Below, piece after piece: positions 11,101 to 23,700 of a DNA stretch of 64,000 nucleotides. The notes under the pieces were generated by a model. That model had not been told where the DNA came from. It saw nothing but the letters and a program-made list of their open reading frames with translations, and made no database searches. The stretch's first letter is position 1, and each line of letters begins with the position of its first letter. Location of the stretch: contig OZ024764.1 of the NCBI GenBank assembly GCA_964016885.1, positions 28,892,001 through 28,956,000 on the forward strand, written 5' to 3'. The stretch is from Eledone cirrhosa. Its lineage: Eukaryota. Made by a program: the position numbers and the translations under genes.

Positions 11101-14100
11101 GAGAAAGCGAGAGAGAGATGAAACAAGGGAGATAGAGATGAAACGAGAGAGAGGAAGAGAGAGATGGAACGAGAGAGAGGAAGAGAGAGATGGCACGAGA
11201 GAGAGGAAGACAGAGATGAAACGAGAGAGAGAGAGAGCGAGATGAAACGAGAGAGAGAGAGCGCGACATGAAACGAGAGAGAGAGAGCGCGAGATGAAAC
11301 TACAGAGAGCGAGACAGATGAAAGAAGGGAGATAGAGATGAAACGAGAGAGAGGAAGAGAGAGATGGAACGAGAGAGAGGAAGAGAGAGATGGAACGAGA
11401 GAGAGGAAGACAGAGATGAAACGAGAGAGAGAGCGAGATGAAACGAGAGAGAGAGAGCGCAAGATGAAACGAGAGAGAGAGAGCGCGAGATGAAACGACA
11501 GAGAGAGAGACAGATGAAAGGAGGGAGATAGAGATGAAACGAGAGAGAGGATGAGAGAGATGGAACGAGAGAGAGGAAGAGAGAGAGGAAGACAGAGATG
11601 AAACGAGAGAGAGAGAGAGCAAGACGAAACGAGAGAGAGAGAGAGCGCAAGATGAAACGAGAGAGAGAGAGAGCGCGAGATGAAACGACAGAGAGAGAGA
11701 CAGATGAAAGAAGGGAGATAGAGATGAAACGAGAGAGAGGAAGAGAGAGATGGAACGAGAGAGAGGAAGTGAGAGATGGAACGAGAGAGAGGAAGACAGA
11801 GATGAAACGAGAGAGAGAGAGAGCGAGATGAAACGAGAGAGAGGAAGACAGAGATGAAACGAGAGAGAGGGAGAGCGAGATGAAACGAGAGAGAGAGAGC
11901 GCAAGATGAAACGAGAGAGAGAGAGCGCGAGATGAAACGACAGAGAGAGAGACAGATGAAAGGAGGGAGATAGAGATGAAACGAGAGAGAGGAAGAGAGA
12001 GATGAAACGAGAGAGAGGAAGAGAGAGAGCGCGAGATGAAACTCTCTCATGTAATGTTATCGACATATCTGCCCTTGGGGCTAATAATTGTCATGTAATG
12101 TTATGGACATCTCTGCCCCTATGGCTAATAATTCTGACATGTAATGTTATGGACATCTCTGCCCCTGTGGCTAATAATTCTGTCATGTAATGTTATGGAC
12201 ATCTCTGCCCCTGTGGCTAATAATTCTGACATGTAATGTTATGGACATCTCTGCCCCTGTGGCTAATAATTCTGACGTAATGTTATGGACATCTCTGCCC
12301 TGTGGCTAATAATTCTGACATGCAATGTTATGGACATCTCTGCCCCTGTGGCTAATAATTCTGAGAGAGATGAACCAAGTGAGGGATTAGAGAGAGATAA
12401 AACAAGTGAGGGATTAGAGTGTTGAAACAAGAGAGAGAGAGGAAGAGAGAGAGAGAGCGAGATGAAACAAGAGAGTGAGAGGAGCGAGATGAAACGAGAG
12501 AGTGAGAGCGAGATCAAACGAGAAAGAGAGAGAGCGAGATGAAACGAGACAGAGATGAAACGAGTGAGAGAGGAAACGAGAGTAGAGAGCGAGATGAAAC
12601 AGGAGAGAGAGAGCGAGAAGAAACGAGCGGGAGAGAGGGATGAAACGAGAGAGCGAGAGAGAGATGAAACGAGGGAGATAGAGATGAAACGAGAGAGAGG
12701 AAGAGAAAGATGGAACGAGAGAGAGGAAGAGAGAGATGGAAGACAGAGATGAAACGAGAGAGAGCGAGATGAAACGAGACAGAGAGAGCGCGAGATGAAA
12801 CGAGAGAGAGAGAGCGCGAGATGAAACGACAGAGAGAGAGACAGATGAAAGGAGGGAGATAGAGATGAAACGAGAGAGAGGATGAGAGAGATGGAACGAG
12901 GGAGAGGAAGAGAGAGATGGAACGAGAGAGAGGAAGACAGAGATGAAACGAGAGAGAGAGCAAGATGAAACGAGAGAGAGAGCGCAAGATGAAACGAGAG
13001 AGAGAGAGCGCGAGATGAAACTCTGTCATGTAATGTTATTGACATATCTGCCCCTGTGGCTAATAATTTTCATGTAATGTTATGGTCATCTCTGCCCCTG
13101 TGGCTAATAATTCTGTCATGTAATGTTATGGACATCTCTGCCCTTGTGGCTAATAATTCTGACATGTAATGTTATGGTCATCTCTGTCCCTGTGGCTAAT
13201 AATTCTGAGAGATAGTAAACAAGTGAGGGATTAGAGTGTTGAAACAAGAGAGAGAGAGCGAGAAGAAATGAGAGAGTGAGAGCGGGATGAAACGAGAGAG
13301 GGAGAGCGAGATGAAACGAGAGAGAGAGAGCGAGATGAAATGAGAGAGAGAGAGCGAGATGAAACGGGAGGGAGAGAGAGATGAAACGAGAGAGAGAGAG
13401 GAAACGAGAGTAGAGAGCGAGATGAAACAGGAGAGAGAGAGCGAGATGAAATGAGAGGGAGAGAGAGATGAAACGAGAGAGCGAGAGAGAGATGAAATGA
13501 GGGAGAGGAAGAGAGAGATGGAACGAGAGAGAGGAAGACAGAGATGGAACGAGAGAGAGGAAGACAGAGATGAAACGAGAGAGAGAGAGCGAGATGAAAC
13601 AGGAGAGAGAGAGCGAGATGAAACGAGAGGGAGAGAGAGATGAAACGAGAGAGCGAGAGAGAGATGAAACAAGGGAGATAGAGATGAAACGAGAGAGAGG
13701 AAGAGAGAGATGGAACGAGAGAGAGGAAGAGAGAGATGGCACGAGAGAGAGGAAGACAGAGATGAAACGAGAGAGAGAGAGCGAGATGAAACGAGAGAGA
13801 GAGAGCGCGACATGAAACGAGAGAGAGAGAGCGCGAGATGAAACTACAGAGAGCGAGACAGATGAAAGAAGGGAGATAGAGATGAAACGAGAGAGAGGAA
13901 GAGAGAGATGGAACGAGAGAGAGGAAGAGAGAGATGGAACGAGAGAGAGGAAGACAGAGATGAAACGAGAGAGAGAGCGAGATGAAACGAGAGAGAGAGA
14001 GCGCAAGATGAAACGAGAGAGAGAGAGCGCGAGATGAAACGACAGAGAGAGAGACAGATGAAAGGAGGGAGATAGAGATGAAACGAGAGAGAGGATGAGA

Positions 14101-14748
14101 GAGATGGAACGAGAGAGAGGAAGAGAGAGATGGAGCGAGAGAGAGGAAGACAGAGATGAAACGAGAGAGAGAGAGAGCAAGACGAAACGAGAGAGAGAGA
14201 GAGCGCAAGATGAAACGAGAGAGAGAGAGAGAGCGCGAGATGAAACGACAGAGAGAGAGACAGATGAAAGAAGGGAGATAGAGATGAAACGAGAGAGAGG
14301 AAGAGAGAGATGGAACGAGAGAGAGGAAGTGAGAGATGGAACGAGAGAGAGGAAGACAGAGATGAAACGAGAGAGAGAGAGAGCGAGATGAAACGAGAGA
14401 GAGGAAGACAGAGATGAAACGAGAGAGAGGGAGAGCGAGATGAAACGAGAGAGAGAGCGCGCAAGATGAAACTCTGTCATGTAATGTTATTGACATATCT
14501 GACCCTGTGGCTAATAATTGTCATGTAATGTTATGGTCATCTCTGCCCCTGTGGCTAATAATTCTGTCATGTAATGTTATGGACATCTCTGCCCCTGTGG
14601 CTAATAATTCTGACATGTAATGTTATGGACATCTCTGCCCCTGTGGCTAATAATTCTGACATGTAATGTTATGGAAATCTATGCCCCTGTGGCTAATAAT
14701 TCTGTCATGTAATGTTATGGACATCTCTGCCCCTGTGGCTAATAAATC
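5110..14748 (-). repeat. Composite satellite block 1, left arm (orientation B): 46-bp repeat runs alternating with 8 GA-rich modules
   Basis: Modules at ~5679-6159, 6300-6991, 7269-7921, 8108-9502, 9824-10499, 10685-12042, 12364-13021 and 13208-14472. Each begins TTCTG|AGAGA..AACAAGTGAGGGATTAGAG and ends GATGAAAC|TCT.TCATG. Confidence 0.95.
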
Positions 14749-14749
14749 A

Positions 14750-17700
14750 GAATTATTAGCCACAGGGGCAGAGATGTCCATAACATTACATGTCAGAATT
14801 ATTAGCCACAGGGGCAGAGATGTCCATAACATTACATGTCAGAATTATTAGCCACAGGGGCAGAGATGTCCATAACATTACATGACAGATTTATTAGCCA
14901 CAGGGGCAGAGATGTCCATAACATTACATGTCAGAATTATTAGCCACAGGGGCAGAGATGTCCATAACATTACATGACAGATTTATTAGCCACAGGGGCA
15001 GAGATGTCCATAACATTACATGTCATATTTATTAGCCACAGGGGCAGAGATGTCCATAACATTACATGTCAGAATTATTAGCCACAGGGGCAGAGATGTC
15101 CATAACATTACATGACAGATTTATTAGCCACAGGGGCAGAGATGTTCATAACATTACATGACAGAATTATTAGCCACAGGGGCAGAGATGTCCATAACAT
15201 TACATGACAGAATTATTAGCCACAGGGGCAGAGATTTCCATAACATTACATGACAATTATTAGCCCCAAGGGCAGATATGTCCATAACATTACATGACAG
15301 ACTTTCATCTCGCGCTCTCTCTCTCTCGTTTCATCTTGCGCTCTCTCTCTTCCTCTCTCTCGTTTCATCTTGCTCTCTCTCTCGTTTCATCTCGCGTTCT
15401 CTCTCTTCCTCTCTCTCGTTTCATCTCGCTCTCTCTCTCTCTCGTTTCATCTCTGTCTTCCTCTCTCTCGTTCCATCTCTCTCTTCCTCTCTCTCGTTCC
15501 ATCTCTCTCTTCCTCTCTCTCGTTTCATCTCTCTCTCTCGTTTCATCTCTATCTCCCTCGTTTCATCTGTCTCTCTCTCTGTCGTTTCATCTCCCTCTAT
15601 CTCTCTCTCGCTCTCTCGTTTCATCTCTCTCTCCCTCTCGTTTCATCTCGCTCTCTCTCTCCTGTTTCATCTCGCTCTCTCTCTCCTGTTTCATCTCGCT
15701 CTCTACTCTCGTTTCCTCTCTCTCGTATCCTCTCTCTCGTTTCCTCTCTCTCTCGTTTCCTCTAGCTCTCGTTTCCTCTAGCTCTCACTCTCTCGTTTCA
15801 TCTCGCTCTCTCTCTCTCATTTCATCTCGCTCTCTCTCTCTCGTTTCATCTCGCTCTAATCTGTCTCGTTTCATTTCGCTCTCTCTCTCTCTCGTTTCAT
15901 CTCGCTCTCTCTGTCTCGTTTCATCTCGCTCTCTCTCTTTCATTTCATCTCGCTCTCTCTCTCTCATTTCATCTCGCTCTCTCTCTCTCGTTTCATCTCG
16001 CTCTCACTCTCTCATTTCATCTCGCTCTCTCTCTCTCGTTTGATCTCGCTCTCACTCTCTCTTCCTCTCTCTCTCTTGTTTCAACACTCTAATCCCTCAC
16101 TTGTTTCATCTCTCTCTTATCCCTCACTTGTTTCATCTCTCTCAGAATTATTAGCCACAGGGGCAGAGATATCCATAACATTACATGTCAGAATTATTAG
16201 CCACAGGGGCAGAGATGTCCATAACATTACATGACAGATTTATTAGCCACAGGGGCAGAGATGTCCATAACATTACATGACGAATTTATTAGCCACAGGG
16301 GCAGAGATGTCCATAACATTACATGACAGAATTATTAGCCACAGGGGCAGAGATGTCCATAACATTACATGACATAATTATTAGCCACAGGGACAGAGAT
16401 GTCCATAACATTACATGACAGAATTATTTGCCACAGGGGCAGAGATGTACATAACATTACATGACAATTATTAGCCCCAAGGGCAGATATGTCCATAACA
16501 TTACATGACAATTATTAGCCCCAGGGGCAGATATGTCCATAACATTACATGACAGACTTTCATCTCGCGCTCTCTCTCTTCCTCTCTCTCGTTTCATCTC
16601 GCTCTCTCTCTCTCTCGTTTCATCTCGCTCTCTCTCTCGTTTCATCTCGCGCTCTCTCTCTTCCTCTCTCTCGTTTCATCTCGCTCTCTCTCTCTCGTTT
16701 CATATCTGTCTTCCTCTCTCTCGTTCCATCTCTCTATTCCTCTTTCTCTCGTTTCATCTAGCTATCACTCTCTCGTTTCATCTCCCTCTATCTCTCTCTC
16801 GCTCTCTCGTTTCATCTCTCCCTCCCACTCGTTTCATCTCACTCTCTCTCTCCGGTTTCATCTCGCTCTCTCTCTCTCCTGTTTCATCTTGCTCTCTACT
16901 CTCATTTCCTCTCTCTCGTTTCCTCTCTCTCGTTTCCTCTCTCTCTCGATTCCTCTCTCTCTCGTTTCATCTAGCTCTCACTCTCTCGTTTCATCTCGCT
17001 CTCTCTGACTCGTTCCATCTCGCTCTCACTCTCTCGTTTCATCTCGCTCTCTCTCTCTCATTTCATCTCGCTCTCTCTCTCTCATTTCATCTCGATCTCT
17101 CTGTCTCGTTTCATCCCGCTCTCTCTGTCTCGTTTCATCTCGCTCTCTCTCTCTCATTTCATCTCGCTCTCTCTCTCTCATTTCATCTCGCTCTCTCTCA
17201 CTCTCTCGTTTCATCTCACTCTCAATCTCTCATTTCATCTCGCTCTCTCTCTCTCATTTCATCTCGCGCTCTCTCTCTTCCTCTCTCTCGTTTCATCTCG
17301 CGCTCTCTCTCTTCCTCTCTCTCGTTTCATCTCGCTCTCTCTCTCTCTCTCGTTTCATCTTGCGCTCTCTCTCTTCCTCTCTCTCGTTTCATCTCGATCT
17401 CTCTCTGTCTCGTTTCATCTCTGTCTTCCTCTCGCTCGTTCCATCTCTCTCTTCCTCTCTCTCGTTCCATCTCTCTCTTCCTCTCTCTCGTTACATCTCT
17501 CTCTCTCGTTTCATCTTGCTCTCTCTCTCTCTCTCGTTTCATCTCTGTCTTCCTCTCTCTCGTTCCATCTCTCTCTTCCTCTCTCTTGTTCCATCTCTTT
17601 CTTCCTCTCTCTCGTTTCATCTCTCTCTCTCGTTTCATCTCTATCTCCCTCGTTTCATCTGTATCTCTCTCTGTCGTTTCATCTCCCTCTATCTCTCTCT

Positions 17701-20700
17701 CGCTCTCTCGTTTCATCTCTCTCTCCCTCTCGTTTCATCTCGCTCTCTCTCTCCTGTTTCATCTCGCTCTCTCTCTCCTGTTTCATCTCGCTCTCTACTC
17801 TCGTTTCCTCTCTCTCGTTTCGTCTCTCTCGTTTCCTCTCTCTCTCGTTTCATCTAGCTGTCCCACTCTCGTTTCATCTCGCTCTCTCTGTCTCGTTCCA
17901 TCTCGCTCTCACTCTCTCGTTTCATCTCGCTCTCTCTCTCTCATTTCATCTCGCTCTCTCTCTCTCATTTCATCTCGCTCTCTCTCTCTCGTTTCATCTC
18001 GCTCTCTCTGTCTCGTTTCATCTCGCTCTCGCTCTCTCTGTCTCGTTTCATCCCGCTCTCTCTGTCTCGTTTCATCTCGCTCTCTCTCTCTCATTTCATC
18101 TCGCTCTCTCTCTATCATTTCATCTCGCTCTCTCTCTCTCTCTCGTTTCATCTCGCTCTCACTCTCTCATTTCATCTCGCTCTCTCTCGTTTGATTTCGC
18201 TTTCACTCTCTCTTCCTCTCTCTCTCTTGTTTCAACACTCTAATCCCTCACTTGTTTCATCTCTATCTAATCCCTCACTTGTTTCATCTATCTCAGAATT
18301 ATTAGCCACAGGGGCAGAGATGTCCATAACATTACATGTCAGAATTATTAGCCACAGGGGCAGAGATGTCCATAACATTACATGACAGATTTATTAGCCA
18401 CAGGGGCAGAGATGTCCATAACATTACATGTCATATTTATTAGCCACAGGGGCAGAGATGTCCATAACATTACATGTCAGAATTATTAGCCACAGGGGCA
18501 GAGATGTCCATAACATTACATGACAGATTTATTAGCCACAGGGGCAGAGATGTCCATAACATTACATGACTGAATTATTAGCCACAGTGGCAGAGATGTC
18601 CATAACATTACATGACAGAATTATTAGCCACAGGGGCAGAGATTTCCATAACATTACATGACAATTATTAGCCCCAAGGGCAGATGTGTCCATAACATTA
18701 CATGACAGACTTTCATCTCGCTCTCTCTCTCTCTCGTTTCATCTTGCGCTCTCTCTCTTCCTCTCTCTCGTTTCATCTTGCTCTCTCTCTCTCTCGTTTC
18801 ATCTCGCGTTCTCTCTCTTCCTCTCTCTCGTTTCATCTCGCTCTCTCTCTCTCTCGTTTCATCTCTGTCTTCCTCTCTCTCGTTCCATCTCTCTCTTCCT
18901 CTCTCTCGTTCCATCTCTCTCTTCCTCTCTCTCGTTTCATCTCTCTCTCTCGTTTCATCTCTATCTCCCTCGTTTCATCTGTCTCTCTCTCTGTCGTTTC
19001 ATCTCCCTCTATCTCTCTCTCGCTCTCTCGTTTCATCTCTCTCTCCCTCTCGTTTCATCTCGCTCTCTCTCTCCTGTTTCATCTCGCTCTCTCTCTCCTG
19101 TTTCATCTCGCTCTCTCTCTCCTGTTTCATCTCGCTCTCTCTCTCCTGTTTCATCTCGCTCTCTACTCTCGTTTCCTCTCTCTCTCGTTTCCTCTAGCTC
19201 TCACTCTCTCGTTTCATCTCGCTCTCTCTCTCTCATTTCATCTCGCTCTCTCTCTCTCGTTTCATCTCGCTCTAATCTGTCTCGTTTCATTTCGCTCTCT
19301 CTCTCTCTCGTTTCATCTCGCTCTCTCTGTCTCGTTTCATCTCGCTCTCTCTCTCTCATTTCATCTCGCTCTCGCTCTCTCATTTCATCTCGCTCTCTCT
19401 CTCTCGTTTCATCTCGCTCTCACTCTCTCATTTCATCTCGCTCTCTCTCTCTCGTTTGATCTCGCTCTCACTCTCTCTTCCTCTCTCTCTCTTGTTTCAA
19501 CACTCTAATCCCTCACTTGTTTCATCTCTCTCTTATCCCTCACTTGTTTCATCTGTCTCTCTCTCTGTCGTTTCATCTCCCTCTATCTCTCTCTCGCTCT
19601 CTCGTTTCATCTCTCTCTCCCTCTCGTTTCATCTCGCTCTCTCTCTCCTGTTTCATCTCGCTCTCTCTCTCCTGTTTCATCTCGCTCTCTACTCTCGTTT
19701 CCTCTCTCTCGTATCCTCTCTCTCGTTTCCTCTCTCTCTCGTTTCCTCTCTCTATCGTTTCCTCTAGCTCTCACTCTCTCGTTTCATCTCGCTCTCTCTC
19801 TCTCATTTCATCTCGCTCTCTCTCTCTCGTTTCATCTCGCTCTAATCTGTCTCGTTTCATTTCGCTCTCTCTCTCTCTCGTTTCACCTCGCTCTCTCTGT
19901 CTCGTTTCATCTCGCTCTCTCTCTCTCATTTCATCTCGCTCTCTCTCTCTCATTTCATCTCGCTCTCTCTCTCTCGTTTCATCTCGCTCTCACTCTCTCA
20001 TTTCATCTCGCTCTCTCTCTCTCGTTTGATCTCGCTCTCACTCTCTCTTCCTCTCTCTCTCTTGTTTCAACACTCTAATCCCTCACTTGTTTCATCTCTC
20101 TCTTATCCCTCACTTGTTTCATCTCTCTCAGAATTATTAGCCACAGGGGCAGAGATATCCATAACATTACATGTCAGAATTATTAGCCACAGGGGCAGAG
20201 ATGTCCATAACATTACATGACAGATGTATTAGCCACAGGGGCAGAGATGTCCATAACATTACATGACAAATTTATTAGCCACAGGGGCAGAGATGTCCAT
20301 AACATTACATGACAGAATTATTAGCCACAGGGGCAGAGATGTCCATAACATTACATGACATAATTATTAGCCACAGGGACAGAGATGTCCATAACATTAC
20401 ATGACAGAATTATTTGCCACAGGGGCAGAGATGTACATAACATTACATGACAATTATTAGCCCCAAGGGTAGATATGTCCATAACATTACATGACAATTA
20501 TTAGCCCCAAGGGCAGATATGTCCATAACATTACATGACAGACTTTCATCTCGCGCTCTCTCTCTTCCTCTCTCTCGTTTCATCTCGCTCTCTCTCTCTC
20601 GTTTCATCTCGCTCTCTCTCTCTCGTTTCATCTCGCTCTCTCTCTCTCGTTTCATCTCGCGCTCTCTCTCTTCCTCTCTCTCGTTTCATCTCGCTCTCTC

Positions 20701-23700
20701 TCTCTCTCGTTTCATATCTGTCTTCCTCTCTCTCGTTCCATCTCTCTATTCCTCTCTCTCTCGTTTCATCTAGCTATCACTCTCTCGTTTCATCTCCCTC
20801 TATCTCTCTCTCGCTCTCTCGTTTCATCTCTCCCTCCCTCTCGTTTCATCTCGCTCTCTCTCTCCGGTTTCATCTCGCTCTCTCTCTCTCCTGTTTCATC
20901 TTGCTCTCTACTCTCGTTTCCTCTCTCTTGTTTCCTCTCTCTAGTTTCCTCTCTCTCTCGTTTCCTCTCTCTCTCGTTTCATCTAGCTCTCACTCTCTCG
21001 TTTCATCTCGCTCTCTCTGACTCGTTCCATCTCGCTCTCACTCTCTCGTTTCATCTCGCTCTCTCTCTCTCATTTCATCTCGCTCTCTCTCTCTCATTTC
21101 ATCTCGATCTCTCTGTCTCGTTTCATCCCGCTCTCTCTGTCTCGTTTCATCTCGCTCTCTCTCCCTCATTTCATCTCGCTCTCTCTCTCTCATTTCATCT
21201 CGCTCTCTCTCTCTCATTTCATCTCGCTCTCTCTCACTCTCTCGTTTCATCTCACTCTCAATCTCTCATTTCATCTCGCTCTCTCTCTCTCACTTCATCT
21301 CGCGCTCTCTCTCTTCCTCTCTCTCGTTTCATCTCGCGCTCTCTCTCTTCCTCTCTCTCGTTTCATCTCGCTCTCTCTCTCTCTCTCGTTTCATCTTGCG
21401 CTCTCTCTCTTCCTCTCTCTCGTTTCATCTCGATCTCTCTCTGTCTCGTTTCATCTCTGTCCTCCTCTCGCTCGTTCCATCTCTCTCTTCCTCTCTCTCG
21501 TTCCATCTCTCTCTTCCTCTCTCTCGTTTCATCTTGCTCTCTCTCTCTCTCGTTTCATCTCTGTCTTCCTCTCTCTCGTTCCATCTCTCTCTTCCTCTCT
21601 CTCGTTCCATCTCTCTCTTCCTCTCTCTCGTTTCATCTCTCTCTCTCGTTTCATCTCTATCTCCCTCGTTTCATCTGTCTCTCTCTCTGTCGTTTCATCT
21701 CCCTCTATCTCTCTCTCGCTCTCTCGTTTCATCTCTCTCTCCCTCTCGTTTCATCTCGCTTTCTCTCTCCTGTTTCATCTCGCTCTCTCTCTCCTGTTTC
21801 ATCTCGCTCTCTACTCTCGTTTCCTCTCTCTCGTTTCGTATCTCTCGTTTCCTCTCTCTCTCGTTTCATCTAGCTCTCCTACTCTCGTTTCATCTCGCTC
21901 TCTCTGTCTCGTTCCATCTCGCTCTCACTCTCTCGTTTCATCTCGCTCTCTCTCTCTCATTTCATCTCGCTCTCTCTCTCTCATTTCATCTCGCTCTCTC
22001 TCTCTCGTTTCATCTCGCTCTCTCTGTCACGTTTCATCTCGCTCTTGCTCTCTCTGTCACGTTTCATCCCGCTCTCTCTGTCTCGTTTCATCTCGCTCTC
22101 TCTCTCTCATTTCATCTCGCTCTCTCTCTCTCATTTCATCTCGCTCTCTCTCTCTCTCTCGTTTGATCTCGCTCTCACTCTCTCTTCCTCTCTCTCTCTT
22201 GTTTCAACACTCTAATCCCTCACTTGTTTCATCTCTCTCTTATCCCTCACTTGTTTCATCTCTCTCAGAATTATTAGCCACAGGGGCAGAGATATCCATA
22301 ACATTACATGTCAGAATTATTAGCCACAGGGGCAGAGATGTCCATAACATTACATGACAGAATTATTAGCCACAGGGGCAGAGATGTCCATAACATTACA
22401 TGTCAGAATTATTAGCCACAGGGGCAGAGATGTCCATAACATTACATGACAGATTTATTAGCCACAGGGGCAGAGATGTCCATAACATTACATGTCATAT
22501 TTATTAGCCACAGGGGCAGAGATGTCCATAACATTACATGTCAGAATTATTAGCCACAGGGGCAGAGATGTCCATAACATTACATGACAGATTTATTAGC
22601 CACAGGGGCAGAGATGTCCATAACATTACATGACAGAATTATTAGCCACAGTGGCAGAGATGTCCATAACATTACATGACAGAATTATTAGCCACAGGGG
22701 CAGAGATTTCCATAACATTACATGACAATTATTAGCCCCAAGGGCAGATGTGTCCATAACATTACATGACAGACTTTCATCTCGCTCTCTCTCTCTCTCG
22801 TTTCATCTTGCGCTCTCTCTCTCTTCCTCTCTCTCGTTTCATCTTGCTCTCTCTCTCTCTCGTTTCATCTTGCGTTCTCTCTCTTCCTCTCTCTCGTTTC
22901 ATCTCGCTCTCTCTCTCTCTCGTTTCATCTCTGTCTTCCTCTCTCTCGTTCCATCTCTCTCTTCCTCTCTCTCGTTCCATCTCTCTCTTCCTCTCTCTCG
23001 TTTCATCTCTCTCTCTCGTTTCATCTCTATCTCCCTCGTTTCATCTGTCTCTCTCTCTGTCGTTTCATCTCCCTCTATCTCTCTCTCGCTCTCTCGTTTC
23101 ATCTCTCTCTCCCTCTCGTTTCATCTCGCTCTCTCTCTCCTGTTTCATCTCGCTCTCTCTCTCCTGTTTCATCTCGCTCTCTCTCTCCTGTTTCATCTCG
23201 CTCTCTCTCTCCTGTTTCATCTCGCTCTCTACTCTCGTTTCCTCTCTCTCTCGTTTCCTCTAGCTCTCACTCTCTCGTTTCATCTCGCTCTCTCTCTCTC
23301 ATTTCATCTCGCTCTCTCTCTCTCGTTTCATCTCGCTCTAATCTGTCTCGTTTCATTTCGCTCTCTCTCTCTCTCGTTTCATCTCGCTCTCTCTGTCTCG
23401 TTTCATCTCGCTCTCTCTCTCTCATTTCATCTCGCTCTCGCTCTCTCATTTCATCTCGCTCTCTCTCTCTCGTTTCATCTCGCTCTCACTCTCTCATTTC
23501 ATCTCGCTCTCTCTCTCTCGTTTGATCTCGCTCTCACTCTCTCTTCCTCTCTCTCTCTTGTTTCAACACTCTAATCCCTCACTTGTTTCATCTCTCTCTT
23601 ATCCCTCACTTGTTTCATCTGTCTCTCTCTCTGTCGTTTCATCTCCCTCTATCTCTCTCTCGCTCTCTCGTTTCATCTCTCTCTCCCTCTCGTTTCATCT

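Noticed and set aside
14700-14800. Palindrome as a sequencing or assembly fold-back artefact
   Set aside because: The arms differ in module types and diagnostic variants, and the same junction recurs in a diverged second block. An artefact would give mirror-identical arms. Read-level confirmation is still desirable.
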